Positions 17,516 through 28,020 of a stretch of 64,000 nt of DNA are shown here, piece after piece. Positions within the stretch are counted from its first letter, which is position 1. Each line of letters begins with the position of its first letter. The stretch is from Dehalococcoidia bacterium (lineage in GTDB: Bacteria; Chloroflexota; Dehalococcoidia; Lucifugimonadales; UBA3495). The notes below the pieces were generated by a model that did not search any database, had not been told where the DNA came from, and worked only from the letters and a program-made list of their open reading frames with translations. The DNA is taken from contig CBDCTI010000007.1 in assembly GCA_965222025.1 (NCBI GenBank), positions 555,339 through 619,338 on the forward strand. The letters run 5' to 3'. Made by a program: the position numbers and the translations under genes.

Positions 17516-18874
17516 CTAATCCGCCGCTGCCCTTTCCGTTGGTCCTCTCCTCTCCGGCGCCCGGGCCAGGTACAGCAGCATGGCCGAAAGCACGTATGCG
17601 GCCACCATCACGCTATACAGCATTGTGTAGCTTCCCGCCAGTCCGCGAACCACCGAGGCCATCGACGGACCCAGGCCCAGCGCCGCCGTCTGGAACGGGG
17701 AGAATATTCCCAGCAACGACCCATACGACTCCCGCCCGTAGTACTGGGCCAGCATCATGTTTTCCATAGTCCCCACCGCACCGGAGAAAATGCCCCACAC
17801 CAAGGCAAACACCAGCGCCTCCGCCAACGAGTCGACCATCGTCAGGTAGGCCAGCAGCGCCCCGGACCCCACCATCGTCACCATCAGGCACCGCCGGGGC
17901 GTGAACCTGTCCGATAATACTCCCCATCCCACGTTGGCAATGGAAAGCACCGTCCCGAAGCTGAGCACTCCTGCCGCGGCGGCTACGCTCAACCCGGCTC
18001 CCTCCACCAGGTAAGGCACCATGCTGAACCCCACGCTACTGGAAGCAAGTGTCCCGACGCAGGCGGTGGCGACGATCAGCCAGTATGTCCTCGTTCTGGC
18101 CGCTTCCTTCACTGTCCAGCTCGCTTCCGACGGAGCCGGCGTCGTCCGCCCTGAACCGCCGGAAGCACCCGTAGCCGCAGGTGCCACGCCCCCGTCGGGC
18201 TGCAGTCCGATGTCCTCCGGGCGGCGTCGCATCAGCAGAATGACGGGAATAATCAGGGCCAGGCTGAATATTCCCAGGTACCGAAAGCCCTCGCGCCAGC
18301 TCTGGCTCAGAGCGATGAGCGCAAAAAGCTGTATGTTGATCGCGCCTGCTATTGGACGGAACGTTGATACCATCGCCAGCGCGATGTTCCGTCGGCGACG
18401 GAAGAAGTTGACCGCCGCAGTCCGCGGCACCAGCCCGATGAGCACGGGGTTGGACACCGCCCGCGCTACGATGTAGGCCGCGTAAAACTGCCATACCGAG
18501 TTGACCCCGGAGAGCAAGAGGAAAGACACGCCCGCCACCAGCAGGCCGGAGGACATCAGCCAGCGCGGCCCGTAGCGGTCAGCCAGCCGCCCGATGAGCG
18601 GTGCGATCAGGCCGGACAGCCAGGTGCCGGCGGTCGCGGCATAGGACAGCGTGCTGGGATCCCAGCCGGTGTCGTCGGTGATGTACACCTGAATGCCGCC
18701 CAGCACCACCTGCGAAACGCCGGTAGCGGCAAAGGTCGCCATGGACGACATACCGAGAATGAGCCAGCCGTAATAAAAGGGCGTCCGAAGCCGCCAGTTC
18801 AGCAGGGGATCGAGCATTCCATTCGTGAAGTCGCCGGTGGCGGACAGGCCGAAAAGGCCTCCCTGCATGATCAC
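17516..18874 (-). CDS. MFS transporter
   Basis: 452 aa, about 12 TM segments, with a GRLADRYGPR loop motif. Confidence 0.8.
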   Translation of the reverse strand: MIMQGGLFGLSATGDFTNGMLDPLLNWRLRTPFYYGWLILGMSSMATFAATGVSQVVLGGIQVYITDDTGWDPSTLSYAATAGTWLSGLIAPLIGRLADRYGPRWLMSSGLLVAGVSFLLLSGVNSVWQFYAAYIVARAVSNPVLIGLVPRTAAVNFFRRRRNIALAMVSTFRPIAGAINIQLFALIALSQSWREGFRYLGIFSLALIIPVILLMRRRPEDIGLQPDGGVAPAATGASGGSGRTTPAPSEASWTVKEAARTRTYWLIVATACVGTLASSSVGFSMVPYLVEGAGLSVAAAAGVLSFGTVLSIANVGWGVLSDRFTPRRCLMVTMVGSGALLAYLTMVDSLAEALVFALVWGIFSGAVGTMENMMLAQYYGRESYGSLLGIFSPFQTAALGLGPSMASVVRGLAGSYTMLYSVMVAAYVLSAMLLYLARAPERRGPTERAAAD

Positions 18875-18983
18875 CGGCAGAATTTATTGCCGAAATCATA
18901 CATCAACGGCGCACTTTTCGTTCGTGCCCCGATGCGATACATTGTTGCCAGCTTTCACCCAGCTTTCGCATTGAGGCCATGCC

Positions 18984-19274
18984 ATGCCCCTTGACCGCGC
19001 ACAGGTGCGACACATCGCTTCCCTGGCCCGCATCGGAATCCCCGAAGCGGAAATAGACGTTTATGTCGAGCAGCTCTCGGACATCATCGAACAGTTCGAA
19101 GCGCTCAACGAGCTGGACACATCCGGCGTCGAACCCACGGGACACGCGGGTGAGTTGCGCGCCGTAATGCGCGACGACGAGCCGGCTGACTCTCTTTCCC
19201 CCGACGAAACCCTAAGCAACGCACCCCTAAGGGACGGCGAGTTCTTCCGCGTCAAAGCCGTCCTGGACGAGTAG
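18984..19274 (+). CDS. gatC: Asp-tRNA(Asn)/Glu-tRNA(Gln) amidotransferase subunit C
   Basis: 96 aa; HIASLARIGIPEAEIDVYVEQLSDIIEQFEALNELDT is canonical GatC. Confidence 0.9.
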   Translation: MPLDRAQVRHIASLARIGIPEAEIDVYVEQLSDIIEQFEALNELDTSGVEPTGHAGELRAVMRDDEPADSLSPDETLSNAPLRDGEFFRVKAVLDE

Positions 19275-19372
19275 CGCCAGCGCCACGCCAGCCCCTGAAA
19301 ACACGCTTGTGCGCCCACGAGTGCACCCCTCCTGAGTCTCCGGTCGATCCCAGCCCATAGCGAGTAGAGCCG

Positions 19373-20836
19373 TTGCCCGAACTAAACTGGCTGACCATCC
19401 CTGAAGCTCGCGACCTCCTGTCGAAGCGCGAGGTCAGCTCTGTCGAATTGACCCGCGCCTGCCTGGAGCGAATTTACGCCGTCGAAGACCGTGTGCGCTC
19501 CTTCATCACCCTGACGCCCGAAATCGCCCTGCAGCAGGCGGAAGGCGCAGACCGAATGCTGGCCGACGGCGAAACATCCCCAGTGACTGGCATCCCGGTG
19601 CAGATTAAGGACGTCATGTGCACCCAGGGCGTGCGCACGACCTGCGCCTCCCGCATGCTGGAAGACTACGTGCCGGTGTACAACGCCACGGCAGTCGACA
19701 GGCTGGTTCGGCAGGGCGCCGTTATGCTGGGAAAGGGCAACATGGACGAGTTCGCCATGGGCTCGTCCTGCGAGAACTCCGCGTTCCATCCCACCCTCAA
19801 CCCCTGGGATACGTCGCGCGTCCCCGGCGGCAGCAGTGGAGGGGCCGCCGCTTCAGTGGCTTCGGGTCAGGCGATCTACGCCCTCGGCTCCGACACAGGC
19901 GGCAGCGTGCGCCAGCCCGCGGCCATGTGCGGAGTAGTCGGCCTGAAACCGTCCTACGGCCTCGTCAGCCGTTACGGCCTGGTGGCCTACGCCTCCTCCC
20001 TGGACCAGATCGGCCCCGTCGGCCGAACCGTCGCCGACTGCGCCCTCGCTCTCTCGGCCATCGCCGGCCACGACCCTCGTGACGCCACATCCCTGCCCGG
20101 CTTAAGCCCGGACTATGCCGCATCCCTCAATGCCGGGGGCGACTTGACCGGAGTGCGGCTGGGAGTCCCGGGAGAGTACTTCGCCGAAGGGATCGAAGAC
20201 GGAGTCCGGAAGGCCGTCGAGCAAGCCATCTCAACGCTGGAGGGCCTGGGTGCATCCATCCGAGAGGTGTCCTTACCTTCTACGAAGTACGCCCTGGCCT
20301 GCTACTACATCATTGCCCCCTCGGAGTGCTCGGCCAACCTGGCACGCTACGACGGCGTGAAGTACGGCTATTCCAACCAGCAGGCCGACGACATGTGGGG
20401 CGCAATGGAGCAGACGCGGCAACACGGCTTCGGCCCCGAGGTGACTCGCCGCATAATGCTGGGCACCTTCGCACTGTCTTCCGGGTACCATGATGCCTAC
20501 TACCTCAAGGCCCAGCAGGCCCGAACACTGATCCGCCGGGACTTCGAATCGGTCTTCGAGACCGTGGACGCGCTGGTGACGCCGACCTCCCCGGTAGTCG
20601 CCTTCCCCGTGGGCGAGAAAACCGGCGACCCGGTGCAGATGTATCTCATCGACGTCTGCACCCTCCCTGTGAACATTGCCGGCCTGCCGGGCCTTTCCGT
20701 GCCCTGCGGCTTCTCCGATGGCCTCCCGGTGGGCATGCAGCTCATCGGCCCGCATCTTTCCGAGCCCACGCTCCTCCGAGTCGGCCATTGCTACGAGCAG
20801 GCCACCAGCTGGCACACGCAACGCCCCGCCATCTAG
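19373..20836 (+). CDS. gatA: Asp-tRNA(Asn)/Glu-tRNA(Gln) amidotransferase subunit A
   Basis: 487 aa. Amidase signature GGSSGGAAASVA and GSDTGGSVRQPA. TTG start. Confidence 0.92.
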   Translation: MPELNWLTIPEARDLLSKREVSSVELTRACLERIYAVEDRVRSFITLTPEIALQQAEGADRMLADGETSPVTGIPVQIKDVMCTQGVRTTCASRMLEDYVPVYNATAVDRLVRQGAVMLGKGNMDEFAMGSSCENSAFHPTLNPWDTSRVPGGSSGGAAASVASGQAIYALGSDTGGSVRQPAAMCGVVGLKPSYGLVSRYGLVAYASSLDQIGPVGRTVADCALALSAIAGHDPRDATSLPGLSPDYAASLNAGGDLTGVRLGVPGEYFAEGIEDGVRKAVEQAISTLEGLGASIREVSLPSTKYALACYYIIAPSECSANLARYDGVKYGYSNQQADDMWGAMEQTRQHGFGPEVTRRIMLGTFALSSGYHDAYYLKAQQARTLIRRDFESVFETVDALVTPTSPVVAFPVGEKTGDPVQMYLIDVCTLPVNIAGLPGLSVPCGFSDGLPVGMQLIGPHLSEPTLLRVGHCYEQATSWHTQRPAI

Positions 20837-20856
20837 ACGAAAAACGCGAAAAAAGA

Positions 20857-20892
20857 GAGCGGCGAACAAGCCGCTCGGGCTGTTCGCCGCTC
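20857..20892 (-). terminator. hairpin terminator for the minus-strand small-protein operon
   Basis: 12-bp stem gagcggcgaaca/tgttcgccgctc. On the minus strand it is followed by a T-rich run (ctcttttttcgcgttttt). Confidence 0.65.
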
Positions 20893-20914
20893 CTGTTCCG
20901 CAGCAGGTCTGGCG

Positions 20915-21145
20915 TTAGACGACCAGGGGGCTGCGCCCCTGAGAGTTCCTGACGTCCGCCAACCGGGCTCGAGACCGTTCCAGTCCCGTCAACGGCGGGC
21001 CAGCCAGCCAGTTGTAAATGGCCGCCGGAGGTGAGGCCACTCGGCGCACGATCCGGTTCACCGCCCACTTTTCGGACCCTCCTTTCGGCCTTGCTTCGAC
21101 CGCTAGGTTGGCCTTGTCGTATGTCTTCGATGTCGATGCAACCAT
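20915..21145 (-). CDS. hypothetical small protein (76 aa)
   Basis: The ATG at 21145 is preceded by AAGGAGG. Codon third positions are GC-rich. No family recognised. The ORF is open to 21256. Confidence 0.5.
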   Translation of the reverse strand: MVASTSKTYDKANLAVEARPKGGSEKWAVNRIVRRVASPPAAIYNWLAGPPLTGLERSRARLADVRNSQGRSPLVV

Positions 21146-21252
21146 TGGTGCCTCCTTGTTCATCGCCGTATTTTCCCTGTTAGAATCCGTGTTCGAGCCG
21201 GTGGCGCCGGAGCGGAAGGATTGGCGGATGGATTGTCCGCCCCGGCTTACCC

Positions 21253-21438
21253 TCAAAGCGCCAGCTTCCGCCAGACGCCGTTCTCCATCTCGTATGCGGC
21301 ATACGTGTCCGAGAGTTTGGATACTCGGGCCAGCAGCCGGGCAACGGGACCGGAGTGCGCCCTGGAGCTCTTGGCCGGATCGGGAATCTGCACCATGCCG
21401 GTGTTGTTGGAGGTCTTTTCGAGAGTGAAGGTAGCCAT
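21253..21438 (-). CDS. hypothetical small protein (61 aa)
   Basis: The ATG at 21438 is preceded by AAAGGAG. Codon third positions are GC-rich. No family recognised. Confidence 0.55.
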   Translation of the reverse strand: MATFTLEKTSNNTGMVQIPDPAKSSRAHSGPVARLLARVSKLSDTYAAYEMENGVWRKLAL

Positions 21439-21628
21439 TTCGATCTCCTTTATGGTTTTCTCACCACTTTGAGTTATATACTTACCATTGGGCTTGACGA
21501 GCATCTAAGGTAGTAACTAATAATAAGTTAGTATAGAATCTTTCTTCTGTCAAGAAGTTTATAGTGGCTAATCATTAATTAGTGTGCCAGTATCCCCAAA
21601 ATTCTTTTGTAACGGAGTCAGGACTGAT

Positions 21629-21964
21629 ATGAATCACTTGGAGCCCTGCCCGCGTTACGAACGAGCCATAGGCATCCTGGGCAAGAAGTGGAACTGCCTC
21701 ATCATTCGCAGCATGCTGTCTGCCCCTCGCCGGTTCAGCGACATTTCCAATTACGTGGAAGGACTCAGCGACAGGCTGCTCTCCCAGAGACTCCAGGAAC
21801 TTGAGGAGTCGGGAATTGTCGAACGGCGTGTTTACGACAGCAAACCAGTACTCGTGGAGTACGCTCTGACCGAGAAGGGGGCAGCCTTCCGGCAGGTTGT
21901 GGAGGCGATCCAAAGCTGGGCAGATTCGTGGGAAGCCAACCCGCTGGAAGAAGCGGTGGCGTGA
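21629..21964 (+). CDS. HxlR family (MarR-like) transcriptional regulator
   Basis: CPRYERAIGILGKKWNCLIIRSML...RFSDI...LSDRLLSQRLQELEESGIV is the HxlR winged-helix pattern. Confidence 0.85.
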   Translation: MNHLEPCPRYERAIGILGKKWNCLIIRSMLSAPRRFSDISNYVEGLSDRLLSQRLQELEESGIVERRVYDSKPVLVEYALTEKGAAFRQVVEAIQSWADSWEANPLEEAVA

Positions 21965-22092
21965 AAGTACCTGTAACCATTGCCGAATTGGGCCCGGGCA
22001 ACACCTTCAGCGTCTGTTGACGCCAGTCAAGGGGACAGGACTGGAACGTCCGGCCTGTTGAAGCGCTTTCAGCACAGTTGAGAGGTATCCCT

Positions 22093-23478
<1,386 letters not shown>

Positions 23479-23490
23479 GGACGATCAGCA

Positions 23491-24783
23491 GTGGCCACCT
23501 TCGATTCCCGATCCCTCGTTTCAGCGCTGGGCCCCGATGGCTCCGCGACGAGTCAGGCTATCCAGCGTCTCCAGTCCATTTTTTCAGAGTCGGAATCCAT
23601 GGCGCCGGTGAACAACAGCTACCGCTCCTGGGTTGCTTGCCGTCCCTTCACGGCTGACAGCAGTCCACAGACCTTCGTCCGGCACACCTGCCTGTCCCTG
23701 CTCTGTCGTTTCCTGGCATACCGATACCTCGAGCCAAGGCCCTCGGACCGCGACCTGTGGGGCGTAATCGGCGGGGACTATTTCCTCGCCGCCGGGCTGG
23801 GGAATTTCCTCGGCGAGGATTTCCTCTCCTGGCCCTTCTTCCGGCTCTCCATGGGCATCGGAGACGACGCTCCCTCCATGGAAACCGCCAAGTCCCTGAT
23901 GGCGTCGCTGGAATTTCTAAACCTGGACCAGCCGGGCCTTCCCCTGCTGGCGAACCTGTACAGCGAATTCGAGGGAATCGAGCCGCCGCAAGCGGTATCC
24001 TGGGACTTCGAAGAATTCAATGAGGCGCCACAGGCATCCTGCATAGCCCCATACTGCGGCGATGGAATCGCCCTGGCCAGTGCGGTCCGCAGCTCCCTTG
24101 ACGCGCGCCTGGCCGATGGCGAGATCCCGCCGGATGCGTTGCTCGACCTTACCGGTCAATTTCTGGGCATGTCCGCCGACCCACTGGCCGCTTCAGTCGC
24201 CAGCCTGGCCTTCCTACTGGCTCTCGGAGAGGAGGTGACAGAGCCCCACGCTCCACTGTTGATCCCGGTCTACCTGGCCCATGGCGCTCATCCCCCCACG
24301 GAGCAGCAGGACGCTGCAGGCAATCTCACATATGTTGTTGAGAGCGCCGGAGGCGTCGCTCTTCCTGGGGAAGTGGCCGGGGACCCACTCTACCTGGACT
24401 GGCTGTTCGGGCGGCTGCCCAACTATCAGCGAGGGGCGGCGCTTCGCCTCAGGGCGCAGTCTGAGGATGTCGCGGTGCAGGAAGTACTCAATGCCTGGTA
24501 CAACTACCTGACCTCCCCCAAGGCGCGGACTCCCATTCCTGAACCTCTCTCCCCCTCGGCGGCTGACGTGATGGTCGAAGCGGCCCGGAAGCTGATAACC
24601 CAGTACGTCGCCGGTTCCGGCCAGGGACCGCTGCACCTGGTTCGCAATGCGCCCGCTCCGCTATTCGCTTCCCAGCGGGACTTCGACATCATGCTCTGGC
24701 CCTCGGAGCTTTCCGACGCTCCCGAACTTCGGCAGACCTGCGAGGAACGCTACCTCAGTGGTGGCCGCGTCGTGGTCGTCTAG
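23491..24783 (+). CDS. hypothetical protein with weak resemblance to N6-adenine methyltransferase (Eco57I/PglX-type) N-terminal and SAM-fold motifs
   Basis: 430 aa with a GTG start. CRFLAYRYLE resembles the NRxxAxRFxE helix. IAPYCGDGIAL resembles motif I. FDIMLWPSE sits where FDxVxGNPPY would be. Motif-level only. Confidence 0.5.
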   Translation: MATFDSRSLVSALGPDGSATSQAIQRLQSIFSESESMAPVNNSYRSWVACRPFTADSSPQTFVRHTCLSLLCRFLAYRYLEPRPSDRDLWGVIGGDYFLAAGLGNFLGEDFLSWPFFRLSMGIGDDAPSMETAKSLMASLEFLNLDQPGLPLLANLYSEFEGIEPPQAVSWDFEEFNEAPQASCIAPYCGDGIALASAVRSSLDARLADGEIPPDALLDLTGQFLGMSADPLAASVASLAFLLALGEEVTEPHAPLLIPVYLAHGAHPPTEQQDAAGNLTYVVESAGGVALPGEVAGDPLYLDWLFGRLPNYQRGAALRLRAQSEDVAVQEVLNAWYNYLTSPKARTPIPEPLSPSAADVMVEAARKLITQYVAGSGQGPLHLVRNAPAPLFASQRDFDIMLWPSELSDAPELRQTCEERYLSGGRVVVV

Positions 24784-24915
24784 CCCGTGTCCCTCCACTG
24801 TCGCAATTGACGGCTTTTCCGGGCCTTGAATATAATGACTGCGTCCCGCCGGGCGTCATCTGGGCCGCTTTTCCTGTTGCCGGCGGGCTTTCGTAGGCCC
24901 AGCTAAAGGAGCGAA

Positions 24916-25425
24916 ATGACTACTCACGAGGTCGTACTTCACCCCGCCTCCGTCGTAGAGGAACTCAAAAAGAACAACATCTCACACGTGGTCTGGCTTC
25001 CCGACAGCGAGACCAATTTCATGTACCAGCTGCTCACCAACGAGCCGACGCTGGACCTTGTGCCCGTCTGCCGGGAGGGCGAGACCATGGCCATAGCTGC
25101 CGGTCTTTGGGTTGGCGGCAAGCGCCCCATCGTGCTGATCCAGAACACCGGCATCTTCGAGTCCGGCGATTCCATCAGGGGGCTCGGCCTCGACGTGAAC
25201 CAGCCGCTGGTGATGCTCGTCGGCTACCGCGGGTGGAGCCGCCACGGCATAACCAACGACTCAGCGGCCCGCTTCATCGAGCACATCCTCCATGCCTGGG
25301 GTATCAACTACTACCTCATCGAGACCGACGAGGATGCGGACCGCATCAGCGTCGCCATCGAGGAGGCCGATCGCACCCAGAGGCCGGTTGCGGTGCTCGT
25401 AGGCACCGAGTTCGGAGCGGAGTAG
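24916..25425 (+). CDS. TPP-dependent decarboxylase alpha subunit (sulfopyruvate/phosphonopyruvate decarboxylase ComD-like)
   Basis: 169 aa. TPP-enzyme N-terminal pyrimidine-binding domain (VPVCREGETMAIAAGLWVGGKRPIVLIQNTG). Confidence 0.75.
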   Translation: MTTHEVVLHPASVVEELKKNNISHVVWLPDSETNFMYQLLTNEPTLDLVPVCREGETMAIAAGLWVGGKRPIVLIQNTGIFESGDSIRGLGLDVNQPLVMLVGYRGWSRHGITNDSAARFIEHILHAWGINYYLIETDEDADRISVAIEEADRTQRPVAVLVGTEFGAE

Positions 25426-25491
25426 CCGCCGGTCATTGACTCATTAACCCCATCTTCCCCTGCATCGTCGGGGGCACCAGGACGCAATGTA

Positions 25492-26082
25492 ATGATTGAC
25501 AACCAGGAAGCAGTCAAAGTCATCGACGGCAGTCGCGGCGACGGCGTTATCATCGCCACCATGAATGCGAACAACGTCCGGTTCGGTCTGCCCACCGTGA
25601 CCACCAAGGAACAGTTGGACATGCCGGTGTCCGGCGCCATGGGCAAGGCGTCCAACGTCGGCCTTGGCTTGGCCCTGGCCCAGCCGGACCGCAAGGTGAT
25701 CGTGCTGGACGGCGATGGCAGCCTCCTCATGAACCTGGGCGCCATGGTAACGCTGGCTAACAAGACACCGAAGAACCTGTGCCACATGCTCTTCGACAAC
25801 GGCGTTTACGCAGTTACCGGAGGGCAGCCAGTGCCAGGGTCCGGCAGGGCCGACTGGGAAGGAATGGCCAAGGCCGCCGGGTACGCCGCCACCTTCTCCT
25901 TCGACAACCTGGAGGATCTGACCACCGGCATCGGCGACGTAATGGCCGCCGAGGGGCCCGTTTTCGTTCATCTCAGCGTCAAGCCCGAGATCGAAAACAC
26001 GCCGGTACAGTTCCGCCAGCGCGCCTCCCGCACGATGAATGTAGCCATCCGCGATATGCCGGGAATATTGGTCAGCGACTAG
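25492..26082 (+). CDS. TPP-dependent decarboxylase beta subunit (ComE-like)
   Basis: 196 aa. Canonical TPP motif LDGDGSLLMNLG...FDNGVY. Confidence 0.75.
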   Translation: MIDNQEAVKVIDGSRGDGVIIATMNANNVRFGLPTVTTKEQLDMPVSGAMGKASNVGLGLALAQPDRKVIVLDGDGSLLMNLGAMVTLANKTPKNLCHMLFDNGVYAVTGGQPVPGSGRADWEGMAKAAGYAATFSFDNLEDLTTGIGDVMAAEGPVFVHLSVKPEIENTPVQFRQRASRTMNVAIRDMPGILVSD

Positions 26083-26125
26083 TCCTGGCAGGATCCGTAA
26101 TTCGCGCTGTTTGCGCATATCTTAA

Positions 26126-26157
26126 GGGGCAGGTGGCCAGCCTGCCCCAACCAGTTT
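26126..26157 (+). terminator. possible terminator hairpin
   Basis: The ggggcagg/cctgcccc stem is followed, after 6 nt, by tttt. Confidence 0.4.
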
Positions 26158-26221
26158 TCATGATGAGGCCCTTGGGAAAGATGCTCCATTCAACCAGAAT
26201 GGCAATCGGGAATAGCGACGC

Positions 26222-26488
26222 TTGTTCGGCACTGTAGGAAAAGAACTGCTCATCCGGGTCGGCAAGGGGTTGCTCCTGCGCTTGGGAGCGTATGCCCTTT
26301 TCCTGTGGGGTTTCTGGCTCCTCTTCAAGGCCTTCGAGGGCCCCAACATCCCCCTCGGCGTTGGTGGCGCTGTTGCCATCCTGGTTGCCATGTGGGCGAT
26401 GGTGGGCTTCCGTCGCGCACCAGCCATGAGGCCAAGGGAAAAGGACGATCACTCCCATCCCGAAGGCAACGACGGAACGAAATCATGA
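26222..26488 (+). CDS. hypothetical small membrane protein (2 TM)
   Basis: GC-rich third positions and two hydrophobic segments. The stop overlaps the next gene start (ATGA). The start codon is uncertain. Confidence 0.4.
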   Translation: MFGTVGKELLIRVGKGLLLRLGAYALFLWGFWLLFKAFEGPNIPLGVGGAVAILVAMWAMVGFRRAPAMRPREKDDHSHPEGNDGTKS

Positions 26489-27102
26489 GCCAGACCGCTT
26501 CCAGCCAGCCGACGACGGCAGGAATCCCCTACGCCGAAGCGGTGCGCGCGGTCAACTACCATCGCGGTGAGGCGCTGGTAGTTTCCACCTCTTCCGCCCT
26601 TCGAGAGTGGAATCTGGTCTCGGACCGTCGCGATCTCGATCTGGACCTGATGGACTGCATGGACCGGGCTCCAGCGGTTGGGCTGGGCCTTTCCCTTGCC
26701 CAGCCGGACGGCAAGGTGCTGGTGCTCGACTGCGACGCCACCCTCCGCACCAACCTCGGCGGCCTGGCAACTATTGGCGAGTCCCGCCCGGGAAACCTGG
26801 TGCACTTCGTCTTCGACGACGCGTCCCGCTCCTCCACCGGCGGCCTGCCCATCAAGGAACTGGACCATCTCGACCTTGTCCGAATGGCGGAGAGCTCCGG
26901 ATACGCCCATACCTACCACTTCGACCGGTTGGAGGAGCTTCTCATAGGCATCGAAGAGGCGATGGCCCAACAGGGCCCCATCTTCGTGCTCGTCAGCGTC
27001 TTCCAGGAAGGAGAATCCGCGGACTTTCCCGACCGTAAAATGGCCCAGGGATGGGCCGAGGTGCGTGAGCAATTGGCCTCGAAAAGAAAAGAAGGACCTT
27101 AG
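26485..27102 (+). CDS. divergent ComE-like TPP-binding-domain paralogue with altered cofactor motif
   Basis: Aligns by eye with the 25492 gene (AVGLGLSLAQPDGKVLVLD...). It has CDA for GDG, DD for DN and DCMD for GAMG. Confidence 0.65.
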   Translation: MSQTASSQPTTAGIPYAEAVRAVNYHRGEALVVSTSSALREWNLVSDRRDLDLDLMDCMDRAPAVGLGLSLAQPDGKVLVLDCDATLRTNLGGLATIGESRPGNLVHFVFDDASRSSTGGLPIKELDHLDLVRMAESSGYAHTYHFDRLEELLIGIEEAMAQQGPIFVLVSVFQEGESADFPDRKMAQGWAEVREQLASKRKEGP

Positions 27103-27152
27103 CCAGGCCCTTCTTCCCGTCACCCTGCCTCGGGTTCCGCTTCACTTTCCAG

Positions 27153-27896
27153 TCAGGAAGGCCGCACCACTATCTCGTGGGCAACGTTGAACCCCATGGA
27201 GACCTGTCCCTGGTCCGTGGCGACTTCCATCACCCCAAGGAAGGGCGTCGCATCTGCCACGGTGATTTCCGCCTCCGGAACGATCTGCGAGTCCGCCAGG
27301 AACTTCAGGAGCTGCGGGTCCTCCTCTGGCACACGTTCCACGATGTAGGCCAGCCCGGTCACGGCGTAATCAAGGGTGAGGGAGTTGGGCGGCGTCTTCG
27401 GCTCTCCAGTGCCGGGAATGGGGCGGCCGTACGGGGAGCGCCGCGGATGGCCCAGCCGCTCCACCAGTTTCTCCATCAGTTGCGGCGACATGCCGTGCTC
27501 CAGTCGGTGCGCCTCATTGTGGGCCTGGTGCAACTCCATGCCCAGCAGCCGCACTACCATCCACTCGGCCAGACGGTGCCGCCGGGCAATGTCCTCACCG
27601 CCTTCCATACCCTGTCGCGTCAGGCGGATTCGCTTGTCTCCGCCAATCTCCACCAGGTGCTGCCGCGCCATGCGACGTATCATCCCCGCCACCGACGGCA
27701 CGGACGTACCCAGTCCCTCGGTGGGCGGGAGGCGACGCAGTGCATCGGTCAGCTGGGTAATGGTGGGTGCCTCGTCGTCTTCCCAGAGCCTGTAGAGACA
27801 CAGCAGATAGTTCTCGGTCCCGGGAGACAGCCTCTCGTTCTGAGCATCTCCGTTTTCCGAATCCTTTTGCGCAGCAGCCCTTCTGGGACGTGGCAT
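27153..27896 (-). CDS. DtxR/MntR/IdeR family metal-dependent transcriptional regulator with C-terminal SH3/FeoA-like domain
   Basis: ENYLLCLYRL..., the IARRHRLAEWMVVRLLGMELHQAHNEAHRLEH metal-site region and a C-terminal small barrel. The start is taken at 27896. Confidence 0.85.
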   Translation of the reverse strand: MPRPRRAAAQKDSENGDAQNERLSPGTENYLLCLYRLWEDDEAPTITQLTDALRRLPPTEGLGTSVPSVAGMIRRMARQHLVEIGGDKRIRLTRQGMEGGEDIARRHRLAEWMVVRLLGMELHQAHNEAHRLEHGMSPQLMEKLVERLGHPRRSPYGRPIPGTGEPKTPPNSLTLDYAVTGLAYIVERVPEEDPQLLKFLADSQIVPEAEITVADATPFLGVMEVATDQGQVSMGFNVAHEIVVRPS

Positions 27897-28020
27897 CTGG
27901 GCCCTCGTTGCTTGAAATCCCCCTCCAGCGCAGTTGCACAGCCGGCAGGGCACGCTGAAAAGTATAGCAGAACAAGGGGAGGAGACCGTGGAATGCAGGG
28001 GAGCGGTAATCTGAGGCGGG

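Noticed and set aside
26305-26484. Upstream extension of the ComE-like paralogue ORF (Arg/Pro/Cys-rich)
   Set aside because: It overlaps the better-supported small membrane ORF in another frame. Similarity to ComE begins after the ATG at 26485.
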